NCBI RefSeq assembly: GCF_000143415.4
Contig: NW_003314282.1
Span: 1,135,374-1,199,373 of the forward strand
Origin: Selaginella moellendorffii
Taxonomy: Eukaryota; Plantae; Lycopodiophyta
Direction of reading: 5' to 3'
Length of the DNA stretch: 64,000 bases
Shown: positions 34,570 through 46,860 of the stretch, piece by piece
How positions within the stretch are numbered: position 1 is the first letter of the stretch
Layout: each line of letters opens with the position of its first letter
The notes under the pieces: model-generated
Told to the model about the DNA's origin: nothing
Databases searched by the model: none
What the model saw: the letters and a program-made list of their open reading frames with translations, nothing else
Translations under genes and position numbers: made by a program

Positions 34570-34790
34570 ATTCCCAAGTTCGTTCCGAAGATTAGCGAAA
34601 ACAAAACGGACAAGAACAATTTTCTACTTTTCAAGTAACAGGAGACTGCTCGATGTCACAAGGTACGGGAATGGCAGAAGTGGCTCGACTTATTGTTTCC
34701 GTTCTGTATTTTGTCTTTTGCAGACTTGACAAAACTTAAGGACTTAACATTTATTTTGAGAAGGTTGAGCCTGGCAACCAGGGGATTTTA
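34570..34790 (+). pseudogene. Decayed tandem copy of the last two exons of oligopeptidase B
   Basis: aagttcgttccgaagattagcgaaaacaaaacggacaagaac and ttgacaaaacttaaggac..ttttgagaaggttgagcctggcaaccagg parallel 33775-33995. Confidence 0.75.
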
Positions 34791-35189
34791 GGTACTGGTA
34801 CCACAAGCAATTTATTTGCAACTGCATTTCTAGTATTCTTTCTCAGGGTTTGGTCAAAGAGGAGTCTCTTTCAGTAATTATTGGCCGTTCTCGGAGTAAT
34901 GGCCAGGGCTCAAACCGCCACGATTTCATTCAAAAGGAACTGCGCCTCTGTTGCTGTCCGTTTAGTTCAATAGTGACGAACCAAGCAGCTCTAGCTATGG
35001 CGTATTAGATACTTTTTTCCCAACATGGTTTCATTGGAAGGTATGATTTAAGCTAACTCTCGGATCATATCAGACGCATGCTTCTTTCTCGTCCTTACGG
35101 TCATGCATTTTCTATGCTCTCTCATCAACACTCATTCACGGTTTTTGCAGAAATTTGATGCCTTCCAGGTAACCATCTACCGTCCCACA

Positions 35190-36891
35190 ATGACTACATT
35201 TGCAGCAGCGCTCGGTGCTGCTATTTTTTTTCAAGCAGCAACGGCAGTAACTGGTGGATATGAAAGCGCTTTGGGAGATCCAGGGATGAGAAGCCCAAAC
35301 TCCAGAGTGTTGCTCGAAGGCTGGAACTTCTGCAATGGTGCTGAGAGCATTGGTTCAGGACAGCCCAGTCCTCGATGGGCTGATTGCACTGATAAAGTCT
35401 GCAAGCCCGGTAAGTTTTCTCAACTGACCCTTTTCTTTTTTAGTTGTTTCGCCTAAATTTTTTCTTTTTTCATGTGCAGATAGTGTCTGTTCTCCTTACA
35501 GTTTCGTGTCAAACAATGACAACCAGCTACGGACAGGAGATATATTTCCAAACCGGGCATTCAAGAGCTACCAGAATCCAGACCTGTACGCTGTTGAGAA
35601 GGAGAAGTTCCTGGCTTCGCTCTGCCAAGTCTCCGATTTCAGCAACCATCATCCCTGGTACTTCTGGAACTCGATGCTCAAAAATGGCAACTTCGACATG
35701 AGCTCGGGGCTATGTCCGGCGACTTCGAAAGCAAGTTCTCTTCAAGTTCACACTCGGCTGACGAGACCTTTCAAGAAGATTGTCAACGCATTCCCTTGCT
35801 TCGGTGATGGCTGCATGAACCAACCGGTTGTTGTCCACGAACAGTCCACAATCCAGCGGAACTGCAGTTCCCATGGCTGTGTGGATGATCTCAAAGGCAG
35901 ATTTTACGGCACCTACGACTTGAACAGGAGCCCCGAGAATGTGACAGCGGGCATGTCGTTCTTCTCGGTGGCGTGGGAGAAGAACGTATCGTCTGGAAGC
36001 TGGATTTTCAAGCACAGGCTCCAAGTATCCAAGAACTATCCGTGGCTGATGCTTTATCTCCGAGCCGACGCAACTTCTGGACTTTCTGGAGGCTATCCAT
36101 GGGACACGCGAGGCATAATGACACAGGTAAAGTTCAAACTATTTTATCTACGCTAATCGCTTTGCCTTCCAGGTTCCCGAATCACCAAACTTCAAAGTAG
36201 TCGTCACTCTCAACGTCACCAAAGGCGGCGGCCCCCAGAGCCAGTTCTATCTTCTAGACATCGGTGGCTGCTGGAAGAACAATGGCCAGCCATGCGACGG
36301 TGACGTGAAAACCGACGTGACACGCTACAGCGAGATGATCATCAATCCAGAGACGACGAACTGGTGCACTCCATCGAGGCTAGATCTCTGTCCGCCATAC
36401 CACGTAACTTCGACCGGCACCATAGTCTACCGCAATGACACCGTCAACTTCCCATACTCGGCTTATCATCTCTACTGCTCGCCGACAAATGCAGAGTTTC
36501 CAGAGCATCCGTTCTCCGTGTGCGATCCTTACAGCAATCCGCAGCCACAGGAGCTTGTCCAGATTTTGCCTCATCCCGAGTGGGCGGTGAATGGCTACCC
36601 GAGCCGGAAAGGAGAGGGATGGATTGGTGACGCAAGGACTTGGACTTTAGAGGCAGGAGCTCTCTCGAGTAGGCTCTATTTCTACCAGGCAAGTCTCTTT
36701 TGTCTTTTTTTTTTTTTTAGTTTTTCTTTTTTCTGGACGTTGTTTTGCCTTCACAGGACCCAGGATCGTTCCCAGCAAGAAGAGTCTGGCCTTCGATAGA
36801 CATCGGGACAGAAATATATATTAGTTCGAGTGAAGAACTTGCTGAATGGACAGTGAGTGATTTTGATGTTTTAGTTCCAGTGAGATTATGA
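35190..36891 (+). CDS. Conserved plant secreted Cys-rich protein of unknown function
   Basis: Signal peptide; ALGDPGMR, EGWNFCN, DLYAVEKEKFL, MLKNGNFD, YPWLMLYLRADAT, SQFYLLDIGGCWKNNG, DVTRYSEMIINP, AEWTVSDFDV. Confidence 0.85.
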
Positions 36892-37009
36892 GCACATTGT
36901 TTTTTCCTAAGCTAACAGTAGTATTATAATTGCCTATTTATTTACACAATTGTTATTTTTCCTAAACTACTAGCTTTATTATGCTTATTCATTTTTGAAA
37001 TAAAAGCTC

Positions 37010-38629
37010 CTACACCATAATGACGTTCTCTCCCACGGTGTAATAAGTGATATCTGTAGAGATTAAACTCTTGTGATAGAGTTTAGCATCAAATTTGTCT
37101 TCTGCTGAGGAGAAGACAAGTTTGATAATCTCGTCAAATACTTTTTCTGATACTGAAACTTCTGCCAGTAATCTCCAAGCATACTCCTCGGTGGCCCTCT
37201 CAAAATCTTCTTTCCGCTTCAAAACAATGTGACCACTTATTTCCCACACTGCAGGATTCACTTGAGTTTCTAAAATCTCAAGATCAACCTCACCACGAGC
37301 TTGTTTCTCAGCATAACACTGAACAAAAATAATAATTAATATGATATGATAAAACTATAATATCTAAATCTTACCTGTGGAAATAAAAAGATTTGACATC
37401 CTTTATTAGCAATAAGAATATTATAAGGAATGTTTCGTCCTTGAAGCCCCTTGCAAACCTTGATAATATAAAATGCTAATTCTTCAAAGTTGCTTTCTCC
37501 AACCTCATAAACAATACCCTTAACTGGATAGTTTTCTAGTTGATATACTTTAAAACCTTTATAGTGGTGAAGTATTAATTTGGTTGGAGCTTTCTCCACA
37601 GGAAAACAATTTCCCAAATAATAAGCCTATAAAATAAAATAGATAAATATAAAATTATAAAATATAATAATATTACCTGAAAATGGAGATGATTTATTGT
37701 TGCAAATGCACCCAAACTATTATAGCCCAAGCGAAAGAATGGACTGCTTGCTTCTGCTGCCATATAAATTGCCAAAAGAAATGTATCAGTCTCTAAATGT
37801 TGTGGTATGCAATCCAACACTCGAGGGACTAATAATATATGCCCATATTCAATTGGACTCACCTATAAACAAAAATTTAAAAATTCAAGAATATAAAGAG
37901 AAAGAAAAAAGAAATACTTACATTAATCACCACCACATTTGGACTACCTCTAATATATGCTTTTGAATGATAATGACTTTTATCATTGTTACTTTGCTCA
38001 AAGCAAAATAACATTTCCTCCTGACCAACCTTTGTAAAATTGAATTTCTTATGATCAAAAGGTTGTAAGACTTGATCCACACGAAATTCAGTTGGACGTT
38101 TCTTCAAATGTCGGCCCTCATTTAATTGAGCTATAAAGCCATATTTTCCTGGTAAAACCTTTAAAATTATAATAATATTAATATCATCAACTTTATAAAA
38201 TAAATAATAATTACCTTTGTAGCACAAGCAGTGACATCATAACGAAAAAGTCCTTCTGCTTGCTTATCTGCCCACTATATTATAGCACCACAAAAACATT
38301 AAATTCACTTAAATAAAAATAATCTTTAAAAAAGCATACTTGACCAAGAATTGCTGAATCAAGAAAGGAATTTTGCCCCAACTCTTTTGATTGAATTTCT
38401 CCATGTTCATCCAATTCCTGATTTCCAAATAGATAAAGAGGCAGTCTAGCTCCTACAACAAAATAAACAAGTATGAGAAAACCATATATATAAAGAAATA
38501 AAATTTCTCACCAGGAATGCAACAAGATCCCAAACAATTCTTGCCACATCCAATCTTGGATTCAAGACTCTCCTGATAGTTGGATACAATTGTTGGAATC
38601 CTCCTGATTGTCAACATCTTTGACTCCAT
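37010..38629 (-). CDS. VTC2: GDP-L-galactose phosphorylase (VTC2/GGP, ascorbate biosynthesis)
   Basis: MLTIRRIPTIVSNYQE, GCGKNCLGSCC, FIAQLNEGRHLKKRPTEF, SPIEYGH, GYNSLGAFATINHLHFQ (HIT-like), NPAVWEISGH. Confidence 0.95.
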
Positions 38630-38680
38630 TGACTGTGTCCTCAAGTTTGCCTTGCAAGATTGCAAGAGCAAAATGATTGC

Positions 38681-38878
38681 CTAGAGGCAATCAAGAGAAA
38701 ACAGAGCTCCGGAACCGCCCCCAGCCAAATTCAGAAGATCTGATGGGTGCCCTCCTGCAGCAGGAGCGGCCCCGCGACCACCGTGGAAAGAAGGAGAACT
38801 CAGAACGCGTGCTATGCAGAAACTCCTGGCAACATCCACACTCCCTACAGAGTTCCGAAACTTGAGATTCAAAGCCGT
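38681..38878 (-). CDS. Conserved non-AUG (ACG) uORF peptide of GGP, 65 aa
   Basis: In-frame ATC-ACG-GCT start context at 38878; peptide HGGRGAAPAAGGHPSDLLNLAGGG matches the known GGP uORF core. Confidence 0.85.
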   Translation of the reverse strand, partial: TALNLKFRNSVGSVDVARSFCIARVLSSPSFHGGRGAAPAAGGHPSDLLNLAGGGSGALFSLDCL

Positions 38879-39028
38879 GATGAAAGATTGAAAAGCTCCA
38901 GCACGCAGAATTTTGCTCCCTGCTCCCTCACACCAATCCTTCCACTCTGAAATGAACTGCTCAAACCCTATAAAGGATTACAGACTACACTTTTCCTTTA
39001 GTATTGGGATATGTGATGCATGGGATTG

Positions 39029-39037
39029 CCACGTGGC
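39029..39037. promoter_or_regulatory. G-box (GCCACGTGGC) in the GGP promoter
   Basis: Palindrome, CACGTG at 39030-39035. Confidence 0.45.
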
Positions 39038-39255
39038 AAACTCTCGTTTCTACAAAAAATTTCTGGCTAGCAGCTCTCTTTTTCTACAGCCAGCTTCCTT
39101 GGAGCTTCCCCGTATCCAACCCGGAAAGAAAGCAAGCGGTCCTTCAAAAAACATATTCTTCTCTAGATGCAAGTATTCGGTGGTGGATTCGTCTTTCGAC
39201 AAGATGGCACAATTTCAAAGAATATGAGCGCGGCGAGATTTGGCCGCTATCAACT

Positions 39256-39730
39256 TAGCAGGAAGTTTGTCACAAAGTTAGGCACCAACCAGGGTCTTCT
39301 TATTCCCTTTGAATTTTAGTGAGAGAAGAAATTTACAACGCTCAAGATAGCGACAACCTTCTGGAAACTCGAATGGTACTAGAACGAGACGTGTACGTTC
39401 TCACATACGCAAAAAAGCCTTTCAGGAGATTCTTGATCATCCGCTGGCCTTGGTCGAGCTATGGATATGGAGTTCTCATCACTGTTCTCTCCCTCGGACG
39501 CCGTCAATGACAAGCATGGTGACGAGTTTCCAATCGTAGAGGCCGAGCACCAGCGCCTCCGACTCGCACTGGCTAGAGTGGCATGGACCCCGGAAAGACA
39601 AGGATCTCGTGAGCGATAGAGAGCCGAGCGTGCAAACCAGGCCTCCCAGCGCCGACCAGTGGAGGATCCTACGCCGCTTTCAAGGAGACAGGATCTTCGC
39701 CGTGATCTTCATCGAGAGCGATGATCTCGG
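39256..39730 (-). pseudogene. Deleted pseudogene paralog of the F-box-associated-like gene at 1962-3029
   Basis: Reverse complement shares taggatcctccactggtcggcgctgggaggcctggtttgcacg, tacgattggaaactc and cagtgatgagaactccat with that gene. Confidence 0.85.
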
Positions 39731-39806
39731 CAATTACACAAGAGTGACTTTCCTTTACTCTTGATGGGCTTCTCTTATATACACTTTCACTTCTAGCACT
39801 AGTCTC

Positions 39807-41338
39807 TCATTGTACAGTGTTCTCTTCGTTGACCAGACAGGAGATCGTGATTCTTCCGGAGCAATCCTTGTCTAGGACGTTGAACTGCCTACACACGTCC
39901 ATGATCTCCTTCTCACTGATCTTCCCCATCTCCTTGAGCTTGTATATCACATACTCGGACTTCCTGTACGCAGCAAAGAGAAAACATATATACTTGAGTC
40001 AAGATCACTGGAGAAAAAAAAAAAGACTTTGAAAGCTTACGTGACGAATCCGTTGTTGTCCATGTCCGCAGCAACTAGATCCGCCACCGTCATCTCCCTG
40101 TGCAGCACCCACTTTGCGATCAATCGGTTCCTCTTATCGATCCTCGCCTCGGCTAGAAACAGAAACGATCGAGCAACCGCCAGAGTGCTCACGAGCAACC
40201 ACCCCGCAGCAAAAAGCCTGCCTTTGAAAGTCTTGAACGTGTGATCCCCGTAGCCAACCGTCGTCACGGACATGGTGGAGAGATAGAACGAGTCGAGCCA
40301 CCCGAGCTCTTCCATCCAGTGCATGAAGAGAGTCCCGATCGCGAGGCAGAAGAACACGACCCCGAGCGCCAGGCCGACTTTCATCCGGATTCTCATCCTC
40401 CCCTTCTCCGTGTTCACCACATAGTTCTTGGCCGTCTCGTGGTGACTCCCCTCCACAGCACTGAGAAGGAGGTGTTCTTGCCGCTCGAGAACGTAGGCCA
40501 CCATTCCACTCAGGAGTATGTCGATGAAGCCGAAACCAACAAGCACGAAGAAGCACGCGAAGAGCTTCGCCGATGGAGAGGTCGGGGTGATGTCGCCGTA
40601 GCCGATGGTACACATCGTCACGATGCAAAAGTAGAGCGCGTCGATGACTGGATACGTCGAAGATCCTGAGAAGTCGTCCGTCCTCCACACGTAGATCGCG
40701 ACCCCGATAGCGAGATAGATCATGAGCCCGATGCTAGCTTGCACCACCACGGTCGTGGCGCTCTCCAGCTTTGGCCTCGTGAGCTTCTTCGACTTGTCCC
40801 GCTTGGTGTAGTTTACGTTGAGCGCTGGCGCTGTCCGCGATTTCTTCAAGTACTTCCTCTTCACAGGAAACCCCGGATGATCGCATTCCTTGGCGTCAGG
40901 CAGCTTCTCCAAAGTCTCGGAGCACTCGCTGGATAATCCCGAGAGAGTAGCAAGCAGTCCAGTGGTTTCGTCACCGCCACCGAAAAAAGAAGAGCCCCTT
41001 CTCTCCATCGGCGTCTCCTCGTCCTGTTCGTCATCCCTGCTCTTGCCCGAGTAAAGCATCCATTGTTTTTCCTCCGCGGTTGGGTATAGATTATATGCTC
41101 GCCGAGACCCTCCCTGGCTCAAGAAATCCTCTGTCTCGTCTTGGCCCTCGCAAGCGTTGAAAAGCCTGGGGAGATAGAACCCTGCGGGGCTCTCCAGCGA
41201 TCCATAGACCAGCTTCTCCTTGAATGCCAGAGGTGTGATCGGGATTGCCACTTCCCCCGGAGCCGCTGCTTCATCTTCCACCACTAGCCGGTGCAAGGAG
41301 AATGGTCGGCGCTGGCTGCCGAGAAGTGGCTGCTCCAT
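39807..41338 (-). CDS. TPK: Two-pore K+ channel (TPK/KCO) with C-terminal EF-hands
   Basis: Two pore loops TIGYGD and TVGYGD, KSRTAPA (14-3-3-site-like), ADMDNNGFVT/KSEYVIYKLKEMGKI. Confidence 0.94.
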
Positions 41339-41704
41339 CCCCGGGAGCTGGAAATCCTCATAAAACCGAGAGCTTCCGGAGAAAATCCTCGCAATGCCGA
41401 TGGGCCGCGGGGAGAACTCCTGTGCTCCCGGATTGAGATTACTTACAAGAATCGCTACGCCATCGCGGAGGGACGACGAAGTCAAGCTCTCCGATAATAG
41501 GGTTTTCTTCTCCTCCGGGGAGCTTCCATCCCCGCCGTTGGTTTGAGCGAATCACCGGGTGACACGTCAACTAACGTATCTCCGAGGATATTCTCAGCTT
41601 TTCTATTTTGTTTTTATGGGCGCGCCAAAATTCAAAGATTTGTGTCTGGCCCAATTTTGCTTTCCGTTACAATCTTTTTATTTTCTTTCTTTCTTTTAGG
41701 GTTT

Positions 41705-43240
41705 ATGGCGCCACTGCGCGTCTTGGAGTTCTACAGCGGCATTGGCGGCCTGGTAAAGAGATTATCGCGCAGATTCGTGGATCCACACACTCTCGCATTC
41801 GTTCTTGCAGCGATTCTCACTCGAGGAGGCTAAGATCGATGCCATGGTCGTGGAGGTGTTCGAGATAAACGAGCTCGCCAACGATGTGTATGAGCGGAAT
41901 TTCGGCCATCGCCCTAATCAGGTGTGTGCTAGCTAGGACAGTGCTTTGGATTGATTGATTTGAGAATCCAGGGAAATATCCAAAGGCTTTCCGTCAGCGA
42001 TCTAGACAAATACGAGGCCGACGCATGGCTGCTCTCTCCGCCGTGTCAGCCTTACACTCGACAAGGTGTGCGATTCTTTTGCTCTTTATTCCTTTCATGT
42101 GGAAAATGTGGACAGGGCTACAGAAGGATTCTGCCGACGCTAGAGCTTCGTCCTTTCTCAAGCTTTTGGACACGATCTCTTCGCTGTCGATTCCTCCGAC
42201 GCATGTTTTTATTGAAAACGTTGTTGGATTTGAGGTAATGGGATTAAGTTGCGATTGCTTTCTCCCTCACCGGGGTCTGTTTTTCTTGCTATTTTTTCCT
42301 TTTCTAGACTTCGCATACACGAAGTCAGCTCATTAAAGTGCTCGAAGACACCGGTTTTAGAATACAAGAGTGTATCATCAATCCGCTCCAGTTTGGGATT
42401 CCATATTCTCGGCCCCGTTACTTCTGCCTGGTAAATCACATTGGTGTTCGAGAGAGAGCATGACTTACCCGTGCGATTTCTCCAGGCCAAGCGTGAACCT
42501 TTCCAGTTTTCACGTTCCGACTTAAACGGGCAACTTGTTTCCTGCCCTTTCGATTTTTCCACCAACAGGGACTTCCATGTTGAAACTAAAACTGTCGGCG
42601 AGTACCTGGAAAATGCTTCCGACTGCACGGAAGACTATATGGTCCCGTCCACTACAATTGCAAGATGGGGAGAAGCTTATGGTATCCTTGACAGCTGGTT
42701 GATCGTTTTGTGAAGTTGTTCTTAACAGTGGCGACAAAGATATTGTTACACCCGATTCCGGAAGATGTTGCTGCTTTACAAAGAGCTATGCGCGATATGC
42801 CAAAGGCACTGGTTCCATTTTAGTCACAAATCCATCCTTTTACAAGGTAGCTTTGGAAAGATTTCTTTTCTTTTCTTTTCTGTGATTGAGCTAACATAAT
42901 GGCTCTCGTGCTCGCAGTATTTTAGCAAGGACCCGGCTGAACTCAGTGACCTGACATGGTTGCAGTCTGCTGGCTTACGCTATTTCACACCACGCGAGGT
43001 ATTTCCTTGCGACTTTTTCTGTATATGTTTGTGATGCTCGAGGTTGCAGGTTGCAAATTTCCATTCTTTTCCAAAGGGATTCGACTTTCCTGATCACTTA
43101 TCTATCAAACAACGGTACGTTTTAGCTGTTCTCATTGCAGATTGGTTGTGTTACGGTTCTTGCACAGATATGCTCTTCTTGGAAACAGCCTCAACATCAA
43201 AGTCGTGGGATACTTGTTAAACTACCTTTTTTCTACGTAA
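41705..43240 (+). CDS. DNMT2: tRNA (cytosine-38-C5)-methyltransferase DNMT2
   Basis: [59 protein letters not shown]. Confidence 0.95.
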
Positions 43241-43430
43241 CGCTGGCGTAGCCATCGAAGCCTTGGTCCAAACAAAGCCGTGGTTTTCTTTTCCTTCTCA
43301 TCTCACGATATTTCGTACGAACATACGGTATATCTATAGTTAATTTGGGCTTGTATTTAAACTGTCCATTTGTGGCAGAAGGGGAGATCTGGTCTGGGAG
43401 GCGTTTCTTACATCTTTGAGCAAGTTTGCG

Positions 43431-44502
43431 ATGGCGGTCAAAGTTTACATTGTGTAAGCCTTCCTGCCTCTCTTGCCTTTGTATGCGATGCATTGCTCCC
43501 GCGTTGTTTGTGCTTTTATTGTCGCTGGAACTGTGTGGATCGGCCCCAAATTGCCTGTTTCTCGCATTCGGGTGCCCTAGATCCACACAGATCTGGGTTG
43601 ACTTCCTTAAGCAATGCGATGCCTCGTTTTACTTTTGATGGGCTCACTGAAGAATCAAACTTTTGTTTTTGTTCTTTTCCATGCCGCGCAGGTACTACTC
43701 GATGTATGGTCATGTTGAGAAGCTGGCTCAGGAGATCACCAAGGGCGCTAACTCGGTGGAAGGTGTCGAGGCTTCTCTTTGGCAGGTAAGCCGCAGATTT
43801 TCGTGCTTGTTTGTCAACTGAAAAATAAAAGAGAGGGAGAGAGTGATGGAGAAGAGCTTGCTTGCTTGGTCGAAAAAAAACTATGTACTGAGTTTGCGAT
43901 CGAAATTTCCAGGTGCCAGAAACATTAAGTGAGGATGTTCTAGGCAAGATGGGAGCACCTCCAAAGTCGGAGGTCCCAATCATACAACCTGGCCAGCTCG
44001 CTGATGCTGACGGACTGATATTCGGCTTTCCCACGCGATTTGGCATGATGGCTGCACAATTCAAAGCTTTCATGGATGCCACTGGGGGCCTCTGGCGTGC
44101 CCAAACACTCGCCGGTAAACCGGCCGGAATCTTTTACAGCACTGGCTCCCAAGGAGGCGGTCAAGAAACTACAGCGTACGTATTTCATTCTCGTTTCGTT
44201 CTCGTGCACGCATCTAAAGCATGGATTGTTTTTATCTCTCACTCTCACTCTCTCTTTTTACGTGCAGGTTGACAGCTATAACCCAGCTTGCTCACCACGG
44301 TATGATCTTCGTGCCGATCGGCTACACTTCTGGCGCTGGGATGTTTGAGATGGTCCAAGTGAAAGGCGGCTCTCCATACGGTGCTGGAACTTTGGCTGGG
44401 GACGGGACCCGGCAACCATCAAAGCTGGAGCTGGAGACAGCGTTCCACCAGGGGAAATACATTGCCGCCATCACCAAGCGCCTGGCCACTAAATCCGATT
44501 GA
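43431..44502 (+). CDS. FQR1: Flavodoxin-like NAD(P)H:quinone oxidoreductase (FQR1/WrbA)
   Basis: [49 protein letters not shown]. Confidence 0.95.
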
Positions 44503-46579
44503 GAGAAACCATCTCCGCGAGCTCTAAGGTATACTTTGCTCTTTCTTTGTTTGGTTCTTTTTCTTATGCTGGCTGTGATTGCTAACAGATAAAACCGCGG
44601 GACTTTGATATATTGTTCTTCCTCTTTGGAGATTCCCGTGGAAGGAATCTCAGGGATGCTTTGGATTGTTTATAAGAAGACGATTTTTTTGGTTTTTGCT
44701 TTTACTATGTTTTCTTTCCAGTAAAGAAGAAGAGAGAATCACGGTGATGGTATGGAACTGGTAAAAGGAAAGGGTTTCGTGGCCCCGGTGAGTTTCTCCT
44801 TTTACTTTTTAGGATTTCTTTTCTTGCTTTGGATGCAAGGCAAGACAAAAAATACACAGTGGAATGATTTTCTCGTGTGGAAAGCTCTTCGCGAGGTTTG
44901 ATTATTACATCACGACCTCAGGGTCAATAACACAAGAAAAAATCTTTCAAGCAAAATCCGATTCTTTTGCTTAATTTCTCGTCAGCACTTTCTTCCAGCA
45001 CAAGATCTGATCTTGCTGCTTGAATTCCTGTTTACTCTTGGATTGAGACGTGAAATTTTCTTTCCCTCTGCGAGTACATACTAGAATCTTAGTAACTTGA
45101 AAAGGTGGCATACTCTATAGGGGAAACGAGAATGATCTGGGCCTGGGTCGCTCCCATGGCTCGCATGATGCAAAAAAGACATTGTACATATTGACTTCGT
45201 CGTTCTATACATCGTCCTTCTCGCTACAAAGTATGCAGCGTAGACCAAAGCTCATCAGATTTGTCGCTGCTTCGCGGGCATCTTAGCATTTCTAGCTCCA
45301 ATAGCTGCCAGCGAGCCAATGAGGCTAAAAGCTTGCAAACCCTACAACTAGTTTCTACTGAAAGCAACCAAAGAGATGGGAGACAATGTAAACAAGTAAG
45401 GACAGGCAAAAGGAGAAGTGTAAAGTTTTGGTATTAAACACACATACACGCACAAAAGTCTTTCCAAGTGTATAGACTGTCACAAAGTTTTGGCTGCGTT
45501 CCTGGAATTTTCATGTGCTTGTCCACGGCCCAGTAGTGGAGAGTCAATGCTGAGTTTTGTCTTGCACATATGGAAACAGGTGATCTATCAACATTCTTCT
45601 TGTTCTTGTTGTTCTTGGCAATTTCTTTTGCGTTTCTTTGGGTGTGAAGAGGTTCTCCTAGTTGACTAGTTTGACTCTAGTTGCTTTTCTAGCTAGGTTG
45701 TGATGATTCGCTATGTATCCGCTGCAATAGGCCTTCGTCGTGGTGTCTTGTCTCGGTATAGATTTGTCTATGCTGTTTGGAATGTTCAAAAGATTAACAA
45801 ATAGATGTTTCAATGTTTGTGCACACACATGTGTTGTGATATATCAAGACTGTAGTTTGAGAGGGAGAGGAAGAGGAATTCGGATGAGCGAGGAAACGGA
45901 CCTTCCCCATGTCCCTTGCAGGGATATTTCAATCTATTAAACGGATTCAGTGCAGAGCGGCATCTCGCCTAGAGAGTCACACCAAAGCGAGAGAGGAAAA
46001 TATTCCACACGATCTCCAAAGGGAAGCTCGTGGTGATGTTTATGTGGGTACAACTTTTAACAATGTTGCTGAAAGGTGGCACATTTCCTCAGAAGGGTAG
46101 TTGCCATCGATCACATTCGTTATCACATGGATATTCCTCTCTCTTTCTTCAGCATGTTTAGGAGCTTCTTGCTGTTTTGGATCAAGATAGATCTAGATCA
46201 TCGATGATTATGGTTCTGCAGTGAAAGATTTGGCAAAACTTTCATATGCTAACCAAGCATGGATTGGGACCAGTAAGTACTTTCATTCGCTGATCAGGCA
46301 TGGATTGGGACCAGTAAGTACTGGCGAAAGTGATTGTCTGCAAAAAGAAAACTCTAGAAATTTGTGTGGCCTGTTCTTCTTCTGGAAAACTTGGAACAAC
46401 CAGCCAAGACTGGTGCAAATTCCTAGAAAACGAGATCTTCCTGCTTAAGGAGACCGTTTGTTGACCAAAGACTGGTTTGACCAGGCTTATACCTCCCCAA
46501 AGTACGTATAGCAGAGAGCGTATATGTCGTATATAGTGTTCTCAAGGACATCATGATTGTATGGTATGGAGGGAGAAAG

Positions 46580-46860
46580 AAGGGGGCCCATGCCACATGC
46601 GCATGGGGCCCCATGCCAGGTCGGTCGGTCACTTTATTGACCGGGGGCCCACGTGGAGCGTGCCGTGCCACGTAGGTAAAATTCCCCCGCCCCTTTCCCC
46701 TTTCACACCTCCAGTAGTCAACCAATAAAGAAAGGTAAAGTGGGCGTCACCCGTCAACGGCTGACGTGACGTGGTGATCTGTAGGTCGGCGGGAACGTGG
46801 GCCCCAAGTGGCAGGCCACGTGGGAATATGACGACACGTCAGCGGGCCCCAACCCAGAGG
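46580..46860. promoter_or_regulatory. GC-rich cluster of ACGT-core (G-box/ABRE) and GGCCC(A) motifs, putative distal enhancer
   Basis: CCACGTGG, CCACGTAG, TGACGTGACGTGG, AACGTGG, GCCACGTGG, GACACGTCA and several GGGCCC within 280 bp. Confidence 0.45.

Noticed and set aside
41339-41485. N-terminal extension of TPK with a PAM2-like motif (SNLNPGAQEFSP)
   Set aside because: No in-frame ATG; the motif begins at a GTAAGT donor and most likely lies in a 5' UTR intron
29757-44502. Bacterial operon or contamination (PurU, oligopeptidase B, WrbA)
   Set aside because: All have spliceosomal introns and are standard plant nuclear genes
46478-46500. miR166-like sequence GACCAGGCTTATACCTCCCC
   Set aside because: Several mismatches to miR166 and no convincing fold-back partner seen
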